From contig OZ243927.1 of NCBI GenBank assembly GCA_965213925.1, positions 2,528,001-2,592,000 on the forward strand: a DNA stretch of 64,000 nt, in the 5' to 3' direction. This stretch comes from Trueperaceae bacterium. Lineage in GTDB: Bacteria > Deinococcota > Deinococci > Deinococcales > Trueperaceae. Both the position numbers and the translations under genes were made by a program. A model generated the notes under the pieces. That model was not told the origin of the DNA. It worked only from the letters and a program-made list of their open reading frames with translations, and searched no databases. Shown here one piece after another: positions 29,033 through 38,752 of the stretch (position 1 is the stretch's first letter; every line of letters begins with the position of its first letter).

Positions 29033-29439
29033 GCTTCCTCCGTCGGATGATCATACCCCAAGAGGTGCGTCACGGCGTGCGCGGCGAGCGTTTTGACCTC
29101 TTGTACGAGGCTATGAGCGTGCTCGGCGGCTTGCCGCTGGGCGGTCTCTACGCTGATAACGATGTCACCCAAGTGAGGAATTTCGGGCATGACGAAGCCC
29201 TCAGTGATATCGTCTGGCTCCGAGGTCGGATAGGAGAGCACATCGGTGGGCGCGTCCACCCCCCGATGTGCCCGGTTGAGTTCGGTGATCTTCGCGTCGT
29301 CGACGAAGACGACCGTGACCTCTCTACGAGACAGTCCTAAGTCGATCATCAGCGCGGTGAGCGCGCGCGCCACCTCCGCCACCTCAAGAGGACCTTCCTC
29401 AAGAGGGCAGTGGGGCGCTTCGTTTAGCGTCTCGACCAC
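28987..29439 (-). CDS. ybeY: rRNA maturation endoribonuclease YbeY
   Basis: PTDVLSY, LGDIVIS and HAVTHLLGYDH motifs. Confidence 0.95.
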   Translation of the reverse strand: MVETLNEAPHCPLEEGPLEVAEVARALTALMIDLGLSRREVTVVFVDDAKITELNRAHRGVDAPTDVLSYPTSEPDDITEGFVMPEIPHLGDIVISVETAQRQAAEHAHSLVQEVKTLAAHAVTHLLGYDHPTEEAWERFKSNQARILTL

Positions 29440-31450
29440 GTTTAAGTCCCTTGATCTCCTCCGCGCTCGGATAGCTCACGCGGCGGTGCAAGATGGCGGT
29501 GAGCAGGCGCTCGAAGGTGTTGGCGATGACCTCTAAATCGTTGAAGTTCAAGGGGCTCTCAGCGAGCTGGTCGTCTTGGAGCCGCTGCTCGATGAGCCGG
29601 TCGATCATCGCGCGGATGCTGCCCTGGCTCGGCTCGACCAGCGTGCGCGAGGCGGACTCGACGGCGTCGGCGATCATCAGCACGGCGGTCTCCTTGCTCT
29701 GCGGGCGCGGTCCGGCGTAGCGGAAGTTGAGTTCCTCGAGCGTGTCTGAATCCTCTAACGCACGTTTGTAGAAGTAGCTTAGCACCGTCGTCCCGTGGTG
29801 CTCTAAAACGAAGGGCTCTAACGCTTTGGGCAACCCATGCTCGCGCACGAGGTCCAGACCGTCGCGCACGTGACTCGTGATGATGAGGTAGCTCAGGTGC
29901 GGCGAGAGGGTGTCGTGCGGGTTCTCGCCCGCGAACTGGTTCTCGACGAAAAACTGCGGGCGCTTGAGCTTACCGACGTCGTGGTAGAGCGCGCCGACGC
30001 GGGCTAGGAGCGCGTTCCCACCGATGTTAGTGACCGCCTGGTCCACCAAGTTCGAGATGATGAGGCTATGCTGATAGCTGCCGGGCGCTTCTAAGAGGAG
30101 TTTTTGCAGGAGCGGGCTCGAGGGGCTCATCAGCTCTAAAAGTCGAAACTCCGTCAAAAAGCCGAAGTTGCTCTCCGCTAGTGGCAAGGTGGCGAGCGCT
30201 AAAATACCCGCCGCCGCGCCGCCGCTCATGATCCAGGCGAGCGAGACGAGCATGGTGAGGCTGCCGAAACTTCCCACGAGCAAACTGTACGCCGTAAAGC
30301 TCAGCGCCGCCACGACGCCGCCCAAGCTACCCGCAAAGAGGAGCGACGCCCGCGACTTAAAAACCTGTGCCAACAGGCTCGCCGCCACGCCGCCGCTCAG
30401 CGCGACAAAGAAGGTGACGAACGCGGTCGCGGGCGCGCAGAACGCCGTGAGCACCGCAAACCACGCGGAGAGCAAAATAGCGCTACGCTCAGCGACGATC
30501 ACGGCGGTGAGGAGCGGTACGAAAGCGATAAAGAGGAGCGTTTCGTCGATGAGCAGCGCTGCGCGCTGCACGCCTAACGCGAGCGCGAAAAGCGTGATGA
30601 GGAAGGCGAGCTGCCTGAGCGTGAGCGTGTCCCTAACACGCCCGTAGAGGTAGACGAGCGGCAAGGAGAGCAGAAACGCCATCGCCAAGCAACCGCCCGC
30701 CAAACGGAGCGCGCGTCTGAACGACTCGGCTCTCGGCTGATAAAAGCCGGTGAGTTCCAACACGCGCAGATCGTCCAGAGTCAAAATGTCGCCCTCTTGC
30801 ACGATCGCTTCGCCCTCTTGCAGGGTGCGCATGACCGGCTCGACGCTTCCTGCGGCGGCGTCTCTGGCGGCTTCGGTGAGGCGCGTATTGGGCTGCGCGC
30901 TGGAGATGAGCAGGCGCTCTAAAAGCAGCCTGACCCTGAGCCGGCGCTCCGGTTCAGCTAGGGACGCCGCGTCGCGGACAAGCTCGGGGAGCGCCTCTTC
31001 GCTGATTCCCGCCGGGCGACTATAAGCGTCGATGAGAAAGCGCTGCACGTTGGCGGGCAAGTTAGCCGACGTAATTGCGCCCAGCACGAGGCGCTGCTGC
31101 GACGAAGATGAGGTGTAGATCGTCTGAATCTGCGATCTAGCGTACTGCCGCTCGCGCTCGGTCGCGATCTGGTCGATGACCTGCACCGTGATGGGCGAGA
31201 CGTAGCGTTGCGGGCTCGGCTGACCGAGTTGGAAGTTACCCTCTTGCCTCGAGCCGTACACGCTGTAAAGCAGACCGGCGAGGACGAATACGAAGAGCAC
31301 CGCCGTTAGGGCGAGCTGCCACGGAACCTGAGTCGAGCCGCTTTGCGGCGTTCGTCGGCGCGTACGGGCGTTGCTTACGCTTGCCACCGGCGCTTTCACC
31401 GCAGCTTTCGCGGTTCCCGCAGCTTTCACAGCTTTAGGTTTGAGGCTCAT
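29399..31450 (-). CDS. 7TM-HD family phosphohydrolase (PgpH/YqfF-like c-di-AMP phosphodiesterase)
   Basis: Extracellular domain, multiple TMs, APGSYQHS, YHDVGK, EHHGT and ADAVES motifs; lies between phoH and ybeY. Confidence 0.88.
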   Translation of the reverse strand: MSLKPKAVKAAGTAKAAVKAPVASVSNARTRRRTPQSGSTQVPWQLALTAVLFVFVLAGLLYSVYGSRQEGNFQLGQPSPQRYVSPITVQVIDQIATERERQYARSQIQTIYTSSSSQQRLVLGAITSANLPANVQRFLIDAYSRPAGISEEALPELVRDAASLAEPERRLRVRLLLERLLISSAQPNTRLTEAARDAAAGSVEPVMRTLQEGEAIVQEGDILTLDDLRVLELTGFYQPRAESFRRALRLAGGCLAMAFLLSLPLVYLYGRVRDTLTLRQLAFLITLFALALGVQRAALLIDETLLFIAFVPLLTAVIVAERSAILLSAWFAVLTAFCAPATAFVTFFVALSGGVAASLLAQVFKSRASLLFAGSLGGVVAALSFTAYSLLVGSFGSLTMLVSLAWIMSGGAAAGILALATLPLAESNFGFLTEFRLLELMSPSSPLLQKLLLEAPGSYQHSLIISNLVDQAVTNIGGNALLARVGALYHDVGKLKRPQFFVENQFAGENPHDTLSPHLSYLIITSHVRDGLDLVREHGLPKALEPFVLEHHGTTVLSYFYKRALEDSDTLEELNFRYAGPRPQSKETAVLMIADAVESASRTLVEPSQGSIRAMIDRLIEQRLQDDQLAESPLNFNDLEVIANTFERLLTAILHRRVSYPSAEEIKGLKRGRDAKRSAPLPS

Positions 31451-32387
31451 CGAACGCTTTCGTACGCCTTCACGATGCGCGCGACTAAGGGGTGGCGCAC
31501 CACGTCCGCCTCGCCGAAGTAGATAAAGCCGATGCCCTCAATATTTTTAAGGATGCGCTCAGCGATGCCTAAGCCGCTCACGACGGTGCCGGGAAGATCG
31601 GTTTGGGTGATGTCACCCGTGACGACGACGCGGCTATTGAAGCCCATGCGCGTCAAGAACATCTTCATCTGCTCGGCGGTGGTGTTTTGCGCTTCGTCTA
31701 AAATGATAAAGGCGTCGTTGAGGGTGCGCCCGCGCATAAAGGCTAAGGGAGCGACCTCGATGACGCCGCTCTCGAAATACTGCTCGCTGCGCTCGCTATC
31801 CAACATGTCGTAGAGCGCGTCGTAGAGCGGGCGCAAGTAGGGGTCGATTTTGGCTTGCAAGTCGCCGGGCAAAAAACCCAAGCGCTCGCCCGCTTCGACG
31901 GCGGGGCGCGTCAAGATGATGCGTTTGACGCGCTTGTCCTTGAGCGCTTGCACCGCCATCGCCACCGCGAGGTAAGTCTTGCCCGTGCCTGCAGGACCGA
32001 CGCCGAAGACGATCTCGTTCGCCTCAATCGCCCGGACGTAGCGACGCTGCCCCGCCGTCTTGGGTCTGGCGCGGCGCGGCAAGCGTGCGCCGACCTGTTC
32101 GTCTTGTTCGCGTGAGGTGTTCTCTGAGAGGTCGCTAAGCTCGGCGTGCTCGAGTTCGGTCACGCTGATCCTTTCGCCGCGCCGGATAGACGCTAGGAGC
32201 GCCTTAAAGGTGCGCTCGGCTTCGGCGACGGCGTCTTCCTCGCCGGACAGCCTGAGTTCGTCGCCCCGCGCTACGACCTTCGCGCCGAGGCGAAGTTGCG
32301 TAAGAGTTTCAAGTTTTCGTCATTCTGCCCGAAAAGCGACATCGCTTCGGCAGGGCTGCGAAGTTTTAAGGTGACGGTTGTTGCGAT
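31447..32387 (-). pseudogene. phoH: PhoH-family ATPase with apparent ATC start and a frameshift near 32290-32320 (or sequencing error)
   Basis: Intact C-terminal ATPase (GPAGTGKT, RPAVEAGE, FMRGRT, DEAQN, VRHPLV); the N-terminal LFGQNDENLKLLR and LGAKVVARGDEL segments lie in different frames. Confidence 0.85.
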
Positions 32388-32611
32388 GGGTTTCTCCTTA
32401 GTCGCGGGGATAGGCTGCGTGAGCAGGAAGGTGAGAAGAGGTTCGGGGAGCGACCTTTTGGTGAAGCGCATGGCCCCTGCCCTAAGTTATGAGCGTCAAC
32501 CGGCGCGCCCACCGTGCCAGCAAAGACCATATCGGTACAGTATGTCAGAGGTGAGCGCAACCATAAATGCAAATGTAAACATCGTCTTGCGGAGGTTCAT
32601 AGCCTACTTAT

Positions 32612-32750
32612 CCTTACCGAGAGTCCGTTTCGCATTTGCGAAAACTACGTAACGCTTCGCTCCCGCTGGCTTTCGGGGATGAACGACGTTTGGGCTTACC
32701 TTCCCAGATGGGCGTAGCTTCGTTTTACAAGAAGCTACGCGACCTCGTAT
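32612..32750. repeat. Modular intergenic repeat element (SNR/MITE-like)
   Basis: Shares GCGAAAACTACGTAA with 119-133 and a GC.AAAC..TACG..CGCTTCGCT module with ~51796; internal hairpin GCGTAGCTTC...GAAGCTACGC. Confidence 0.45.
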
Positions 32751-33472
32751 TACGTGCGCTTTCTGCGCCTGCGTTTGGAAAGGGGCTCGTCTAAGATTTC
32801 GCGCCAGATGATGCCTTGCATGACCGACCTGCGGTCAAACTCTAAAACCCCCCTCCGCTGGTCTATCTTACTCCCTTTGCGCGACTTTAAGCGTTGCACG
32901 CGTAGCGGCGGCGCGTCGCCCAAGTCGGTGCCGACTGCGCCTTGCTGCGACTGCGTTCCCTGCTGAGAAGACGGGCGCTGGCGGCTCACCCCTTCGCGTC
33001 CCAAATCGCCGAAGGCTTGCCGCGCCTGCCCCCGATTTTGCCCCTGCTGAGACGACCCCTGTTGAGAACTACGTTGAGCGCGTCCTTGCTGCGAGCGGGC
33101 TTGCTTCTCTTCGTCCAACCTCGGAAAGAGGTCGCTCCCGCTGCGCTCCGAGGGCTCATTCTGAGCGGGGCGCTCCGAGTCGTTCCCACTGCTCATCGCC
33201 TCCTGTACGCGCCGCCGCGCCTCTTCTAAACGCCCCCTGAAATCGTCGCCCATACTGCCACTCTCGCGGCTTGTATCCGCAGCCGTCGTGTCGTCCGAAC
33301 GCTCTCGACGCTGAGACTGCTGGCTCGGTCTTTGCTGAGGGCGCTGGTTGGGTTTCTGCTCCTGACGCCCCCCCTGCCCTTGTTTACCCTGACCTCTTCG
33401 CAAAAAGTTGTTGACGATCGGCGCGACAAAGAAAATCAAGAAGAGGATGATGGTGATGGGGTCAATATTCAT
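32750..33472 (-). CDS. Membrane-anchored Q/R/S-rich protein (YqfB-like position)
   Basis: N-terminal TM, low-complexity middle, C-terminal GIIWREILD.P; directly downstream of floA. Confidence 0.7.
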   Translation of the reverse strand: MNIDPITIILFLIFFVAPIVNNFLRRGQGKQGQGGRQEQKPNQRPQQRPSQQSQRRERSDDTTAADTSRESGSMGDDFRGRLEEARRRVQEAMSSGNDSERPAQNEPSERSGSDLFPRLDEEKQARSQQGRAQRSSQQGSSQQGQNRGQARQAFGDLGREGVSRQRPSSQQGTQSQQGAVGTDLGDAPPLRVQRLKSRKGSKIDQRRGVLEFDRRSVMQGIIWREILDEPLSKRRRRKRT

Positions 33473-33483
33473 TTAGTCACCCG

Positions 33484-34461
33484 CTAACTGCGCTCGTCAG
33501 TATCCTCAGTAGACTGGGCGATGTTGCTGCGCAGTTTGGTGTCGGACTGAATGTTCTCTAAGTTGTAGTAGTCCATGATGCCTAAATTGCCACTTCTAAA
33601 GGCTTCGGCAATGGCGCGCGGCACTTCCGCCTCCGCTTCGACAACCTTGGCGCGCTGCTCTTCAACCTTCGCGCGGTTTTCTTGCTCAACGGCGACGGCC
33701 ATCGCCCGACGCTCTTCGGCTTTCGCCTGCGCCACGCGCTTGTCCGCTTCGGCTTGGTCGGTCTGCAAAATTGCGCCGATGTTTTTACCGACGTTGACGT
33801 CTGCAATATCAATCGAGAGAATTTCAAAAGCGGTACCTGCGTCTAAGCCCTTGGCGAGGACTGTCTTTGAGATGGAATCAGGATTCTCTAAGACCGCCTT
33901 ATGCGAATTCGCAGAACCAATCGAGGAAACGATACCCTCACCGACGCGGGCGATGATGGTCTCTTCACCTGCGCCGCCGACGAGCCGCTCTAAGTTCGCT
34001 CGCACGGTAACCCGCGCCGTCGAAATAAGCTCAATCCCGTCTTTCGCCACCGCTGACACGTTCGGCGTCTGAATCACGCGCGGGTTGACCGAGACCTTCA
34101 CCGCGTCGAGCACGTTGCGCCCAGCAAGGTCAATCGCCGCCGCACGGTCAAAAGGCAACGCAATCCGCGCTTTATCCGCCGCGATGAGCGCGTCCACCAC
34201 GCGGTCCACGTTGCCCCCCGCGAGGTAGTGCGCCTCCAACTGATTTTGTTCCACGTCGATGCCCGCTTTATCCGCTTTGATGAGGGGTAAGATGATTTTA
34301 TTGGGTGGTACGCGCCGCAGCCGCATCGCCACTAAGCTCGTCAAACTGACCTTGACGCCCGCTGAAATCGCTGAAATCCATAAAGGAATAGGCACGAATG
34401 AGAAAAAGACGATGAAGAAGAGGATGACGCCGCCGACGAGAAGTAGTAAACCGATATCCAT
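33484..34461 (-). CDS. floA: Flotillin-like protein FloA (YqfA/UPF0365)
   Basis: [35 protein letters not shown] and [14 protein letters not shown] motifs. Confidence 0.95.
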   Translation of the reverse strand: MDIGLLLLVGGVILFFIVFFSFVPIPLWISAISAGVKVSLTSLVAMRLRRVPPNKIILPLIKADKAGIDVEQNQLEAHYLAGGNVDRVVDALIAADKARIALPFDRAAAIDLAGRNVLDAVKVSVNPRVIQTPNVSAVAKDGIELISTARVTVRANLERLVGGAGEETIIARVGEGIVSSIGSANSHKAVLENPDSISKTVLAKGLDAGTAFEILSIDIADVNVGKNIGAILQTDQAEADKRVAQAKAEERRAMAVAVEQENRAKVEEQRAKVVEAEAEVPRAIAEAFRSGNLGIMDYYNLENIQSDTKLRSNIAQSTEDTDERS

Positions 34462-34903
34462 AGTGTCTCCTTAAAAGCTATTTCTAGCTAAGATGGTAGG
34501 TGAAAGGTATATCAAAGGTACATAGCGCGAGATGAGCAAGCGTCCGCTGCTGGTAGAGCGCACGATGCAAAAAGGTGAAAAGACGCTCACTTTACGCAAA
34601 CGAACGAGGTCCAAACGGGAAGCTTAGAACTGTACACCAAATTGTGCAAAGGTATCTCAATACTTCGTATCATACTCCAAGTGGTGCAGGTCGTGTGCAT
34701 ATGAGGCAACTCTCATTAGCGGCGCGGTTGGGTGAGGAGCTTCGTTGAGGATTGACTGGCATGGGTGGCTCGAGCCTTCCCATACGAAGAGAGTACAGGA
34801 TGTTGTAAACGTTATTTTTTTCATCTTTAGTATGCTCTTCCTGCGTTCAATCTCGAAAAGAACCCATGACAAAATCCACACCAGAACCGTTATACTCAGC
34901 TCC

Positions 34904-35674
34904 ATGCTCTTAGCCGTCGATACCGGTAACACCAGCACCGTCTTAGGTCTTTACGACGGTGAAGACTTAGTCGCGCACTGGCGCGTGCCGACCAACCGGA
35001 TGCGCATGGCGGACCAGTACGCGATTTTGCTCAAGAACTTGCTCGAGCTGGATAACTGCCCGCCACCCGAACGCGCCATCATCTCCTCGGTTGCGCCGCC
35101 CGTCGAACGTGAACTCTCTACGGCGCTTAAACAGTACTGGGGAATTGAGAGTATGTTCGTCTCGAGCCAAGCCCTCTCCGGCCTACTCAAAGTCGAAACC
35201 GACAATCCCAAAGAGGTCGGCGCAGACCGCCTGGTGAACGCGGTCGCCGCGCTGAGTTACGGCGCTCACGTGCTGCTCGTCGTGGACTTCGGCACCGCCG
35301 CGAACTTCGACCTCATCGTCAAACCGAACCGGCTCTTGGGGGTCGCGCTCGCGCCGGGTCCGATGGTCGCGGCCGACGCGCTCTTTTCACGCACGGCGAA
35401 GCTGCCCCGCGTGGACCTAGAAGCGCCGCCCAGCGTCATCGGCAAAAACACCGTGACCGCGCTCCAGTCTGGTCTCGTCTTCGGCTACGCGGCGATGGTG
35501 GACGGCATGGTTAAACGTTTCGCGGGCGAGGTCGAGGCGGAGCACGGCAAGCCTTTTGTGGTGGCGACGGGCGGCTTCGCTAACGTCGTCGAAGGGCACT
35601 GCCGAGAGGTGGACGTGTACGACACGCTTTTGACCCTCAAAGGTCTGCGGATCATCGCGGAGCGGTTGGGCTAA
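34904..35674 (+). CDS. coaX: Type III pantothenate kinase
   Basis: D.GNT, SSV.P, GADR, VDFGTA and ATGG motifs; TATACT 7 nt before the ATG. Confidence 0.94.
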   Translation: MLLAVDTGNTSTVLGLYDGEDLVAHWRVPTNRMRMADQYAILLKNLLELDNCPPPERAIISSVAPPVERELSTALKQYWGIESMFVSSQALSGLLKVETDNPKEVGADRLVNAVAALSYGAHVLLVVDFGTAANFDLIVKPNRLLGVALAPGPMVAADALFSRTAKLPRVDLEAPPSVIGKNTVTALQSGLVFGYAAMVDGMVKRFAGEVEAEHGKPFVVATGGFANVVEGHCREVDVYDTLLTLKGLRIIAERLG

Positions 35675-35893
35675 AACGCCTACCGCGCTCATTCATCATG
35701 CGGCGCTCCCTTAGGTTAGAACCCACCCCTACGCTGCCGTGAAAACGAACACGCCGGTTGCCGTTAGATCATGGCGTCAACAGCGTACATGACGTAACGA
35801 GAACGCCTTTCCCTGTATAATCGTCCTTTGACAGGCAGCGCATTCACGCGCGCCTCTAATCCCCAAACGAACAACCCAACAGAAAAGAGAGTT

Positions 35894-37702
35894 ATGAACT
35901 ACCGAAACATTGCGATTATTGCGCACGTCGACCACGGCAAAACCACGCTCGTAGACGGGATGCTCAAGCAGTCTCACATCTTCCGCGACAACCAAGAGGT
36001 CATGGACCGCGTCATGGACTCGAACGACTTAGAGCGCGAGCGCGGCATCACCATCTTGGCAAAGAACACCGCCGTCGAGTGGGAAGGTACGAAGATCAAC
36101 ATCGTCGATACGCCCGGTCACGCCGACTTTGGCGGCGAGGTCGAGCGGGCGTTGGGGTTAGTGGACGGCGTGCTGCTGCTCGTAGACGCCGCCGAAGGTC
36201 CGATGCCGCAGACGCGCTTTGTGCTGGGTAAAGCGCTTTCACGTGGTCTCAAGCCGATCGTCGTCATCAACAAAGTCGACCGCAAGGACGCCCGCCCCGA
36301 CGAGGTCGTGAACCTCACCTTCGACCTCATGGTCGAACTCGGCGCGGACGACGAACAGCTCGACTTTCCCATTGTCTACGCCATCGCACGCGACGGCAAA
36401 GCGTGGCTGGATTTGGAGACCCCCGGCGACGACCTCAAACCTCTTTTTGAAACCATCTTGGAGCAAATCCCCGCCGCTAAGGTCGATACCGAGGCCCCTT
36501 TCCAGCTTCAAGTCACCAACCTCGACTACTCGGACTACTTGGGACGCTTGGCACTCGGGCACGTCAAGCGCGGCACTTTGAAGAAAAACGACAGCGTGGT
36601 GCGTATCGCCAGGGACGGGTCGCAAATTCGCTCCCGCGTCACCAAGCTCTACACCCACATGGGCTTAGCTCGCGTCGAAGTCGAAGAGGTCTCCGCGGGC
36701 GATATCATCGCGCTTTCGGGTGTGGATGAGGTGCAGATTGGCGATACGCTCACCGACCCGAACGCGCCCGACGCGCTGCCCGTCGTGAGCGTCGATGAGC
36801 CGACCATCAGCATGACCTTTGCGCCGAACACAAGCCCCTTCGCGGGCAAAGAGGGCAAGTACGTGACCTCGCGCCACCTCAAAGACCGCTTGGAGCGCGA
36901 ACTTCTTACCAACGTTGCGCTGCGCGTCGAAGAACTCGGCAGCGAGCAGTTCCGCGTGGCGGGGCGGGGCGAGCTGCACCTCTCGATTTTGATCGAGCAG
37001 ATGCGCCGCGAAGGATACGAGTTTGCGGTGTCGCGCCCCGAGGTCATCATGAAAGAGGTCGGCGGTCAGCTTCACGAGCCCTACGAGCACGTCGTCGCCG
37101 ACGTTCCCGAAGCCGCGATGGGCAGCGTTATCGAATCGCTCTCCGGGCGCAAAGGGACGCTGCTCAACATGGCGCAAGAGGGTGGGCGCACGAGGCTCGA
37201 GTTCTCCATCCCCAGCCGCGCGCTGTTCGGCTACCGCACGCAGTTCTTATCTATGACCCAAGGCGAAGGACTCCTCAACCACGTCTTCGACGGCTACGAG
37301 CCTATGCTCCGCGACCTCAAGACGCGCCAGAGCGGGTCTTTGGTCGTGATGGAGCCTGGCGAAGTTTTCGCTTACTCGCTCTACAAGCTGCAAGACCGGG
37401 GTACGTTCTTCGTGGAGCCCGGCACCGAGGTCTACGTCGGGATGATCGTCGGGGCGAACGCAAGAGCGGGCGACCTCAACATCAACGTGACGAAGAACAA
37501 GAAGCTGACCAACGTGCGGGCGTCTGGCAGTGACGACAACATCAACCTCACGCCGCCTAAGAAGCTGACTTTAGAGGAAGCTCTCGAGTACATCGCCGAC
37601 GACGAACTCGTCGAGGTGACGCCCGAGAGTATTCGTCTGCGCAAGCGCGTTTTGGACCCTGGGATGCGGAAGCGGACGGAGAAGGTGGCGGCGACGAGTT
37701 AG
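35894..37702 (+). CDS. typA: Translational GTPase TypA/BipA
   Basis: [30 protein letters not shown] and [10 protein letters not shown] motifs. Confidence 0.97.
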   Translation: MNYRNIAIIAHVDHGKTTLVDGMLKQSHIFRDNQEVMDRVMDSNDLERERGITILAKNTAVEWEGTKINIVDTPGHADFGGEVERALGLVDGVLLLVDAAEGPMPQTRFVLGKALSRGLKPIVVINKVDRKDARPDEVVNLTFDLMVELGADDEQLDFPIVYAIARDGKAWLDLETPGDDLKPLFETILEQIPAAKVDTEAPFQLQVTNLDYSDYLGRLALGHVKRGTLKKNDSVVRIARDGSQIRSRVTKLYTHMGLARVEVEEVSAGDIIALSGVDEVQIGDTLTDPNAPDALPVVSVDEPTISMTFAPNTSPFAGKEGKYVTSRHLKDRLERELLTNVALRVEELGSEQFRVAGRGELHLSILIEQMRREGYEFAVSRPEVIMKEVGGQLHEPYEHVVADVPEAAMGSVIESLSGRKGTLLNMAQEGGRTRLEFSIPSRALFGYRTQFLSMTQGEGLLNHVFDGYEPMLRDLKTRQSGSLVVMEPGEVFAYSLYKLQDRGTFFVEPGTEVYVGMIVGANARAGDLNINVTKNKKLTNVRASGSDDNINLTPPKKLTLEEALEYIADDELVEVTPESIRLRKRVLDPGMRKRTEKVAATS

Positions 37703-37866
37703 AGAATAACGCCAGAAATCGCTAGAAGAGCAACGATGCCGAAGATAGCGAAGATGATATAAGCCACCTTGACGCTCGGCTTCTTAGAGGTATGCCCCCA
37801 GAGGTGGACGTTAAAGTCTTTGTCTCCTCTTTTTCTTTGGGTTCGTCTTGTTTCCTGTTTGCCACA
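37699..37866 (-). CDS. Possible small single-TM protein (appears frameshifted)
   Basis: C-terminal hydrophobic helix [21 protein letters not shown]; the best RBS+GTG start is in a different frame. Confidence 0.35.
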   Translation of the reverse strand, partial: CGKQETRRTQRKRGDKDFNVHLWGHTSKKPSVKVAYIIFAIFGIVALLAISGVIL

Positions 37867-37970
37867 ACACCCTCCCCGTCCTAATAAATACACCTTTGGA
37901 TCGCTAAAATGTGCGCCTCGAGCAGAGCAAGTTTCAATTCCGTCCCTTAAAGGTTAGCATAAGTGTGTAG

Positions 37971-38549
37971 ATGACCAATCCCATCAACCTCTTCCTCGAG
38001 TGGTACACCCAAGCTACCCAAAACAGCCCCCTCCAACACCCCAAAGCCGTCTGCGTCTCTACCGTCAATATGAGAGGTGAACCCGAAGCGCGGTTCGTCG
38101 CGCTTAAAGAGGCGTCTCAAGCTGGCTTTATCTTTTGCACGGCGTTCGACTCGCCGAAAGGCTTGGAGATTGACGCTAATCCTAATGTCGCGCTGACTTT
38201 TTGGTGGGACCACATTGAGCGACAAGTCAGAGTTGTAGGGACAGCGACGCGCATTTCGGATGAGGACGCAGAGCGGTATTTTCAGGAGCGGCGCAAGGAC
38301 GCGCAGCTCACCTCTTTGGTGTCGGAGCAGAGTCAGCCTTTAGCGCATCCTGAGCAGCTTGAGAAAAGATTACAAGAAGTCGAAAAGCAGTTTGACGGTG
38401 AAGAGGTGCCGCGTCCAGAAAACTGGGGTGGGTACTGCGTGAGAGCGAAGAGGCTCGAGTTTCTAAAGTTCAAAGCCAACAGACTGCACGAAAGAACGCT
38501 TTTTACTTGTGATGTGAATGGCTGGACAAAACAGTTGCTACAACCTTGA
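37971..38549 (+). CDS. pdxH: Pyridoxine/pyridoxamine 5'-phosphate oxidase
   Basis: P.AR.V.LK, S.KG, RQVRV.G, SEQS, PRPENWGG and NRLHER motifs. Confidence 0.9.
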   Translation: MTNPINLFLEWYTQATQNSPLQHPKAVCVSTVNMRGEPEARFVALKEASQAGFIFCTAFDSPKGLEIDANPNVALTFWWDHIERQVRVVGTATRISDEDAERYFQERRKDAQLTSLVSEQSQPLAHPEQLEKRLQEVEKQFDGEEVPRPENWGGYCVRAKRLEFLKFKANRLHERTLFTCDVNGWTKQLLQP

Positions 38550-38594
38550 TTCGCCCATACCTCTTCACTCTGCAAAAGCGTTCACGCCAAGCTA

Positions 38595-38728
38595 TAGCAG
38601 GTATCAAAGTCTGTCTCCCGTTGGTCGGAGCTGGTTTGAGCCAGTCTCACGAGATAAAACATCGTTCAGCACGCACTTTAGGGGATGATACCTGCGTGAT
38701 TCAAACTCAGTACTTCTGATAACCGCTA
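38595..38728 (+). mobile_element. TA-targeting MITE, copy 3 (134 bp, with ~23-bp internal insert)
   Basis: TA|TAGCAGGTATCA...GATAACCGCTA|TA; extra AAGTCTGTCTCCCGTTGGTCGGAG compared with copies 1 and 2. Confidence 0.85.
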
Positions 38729-38752
38729 TATTTACCCATCCATCTTCTCTCA

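Noticed and set aside
34745..34903. N-terminal extensions of the ORF-track calls for coaX, typA, aceA, gntP, imelysin and SPOR
   Set aside because: Family homology begins at downstream starts that have an SD or a leaderless -10 box
34657..34938. 93-aa minus ORF ending in HDLHHL (DinB-like C-terminal motif)
   Set aside because: Overlaps the coaX start and promoter; the rest shows no DinB-like features, so the motif is probably chance
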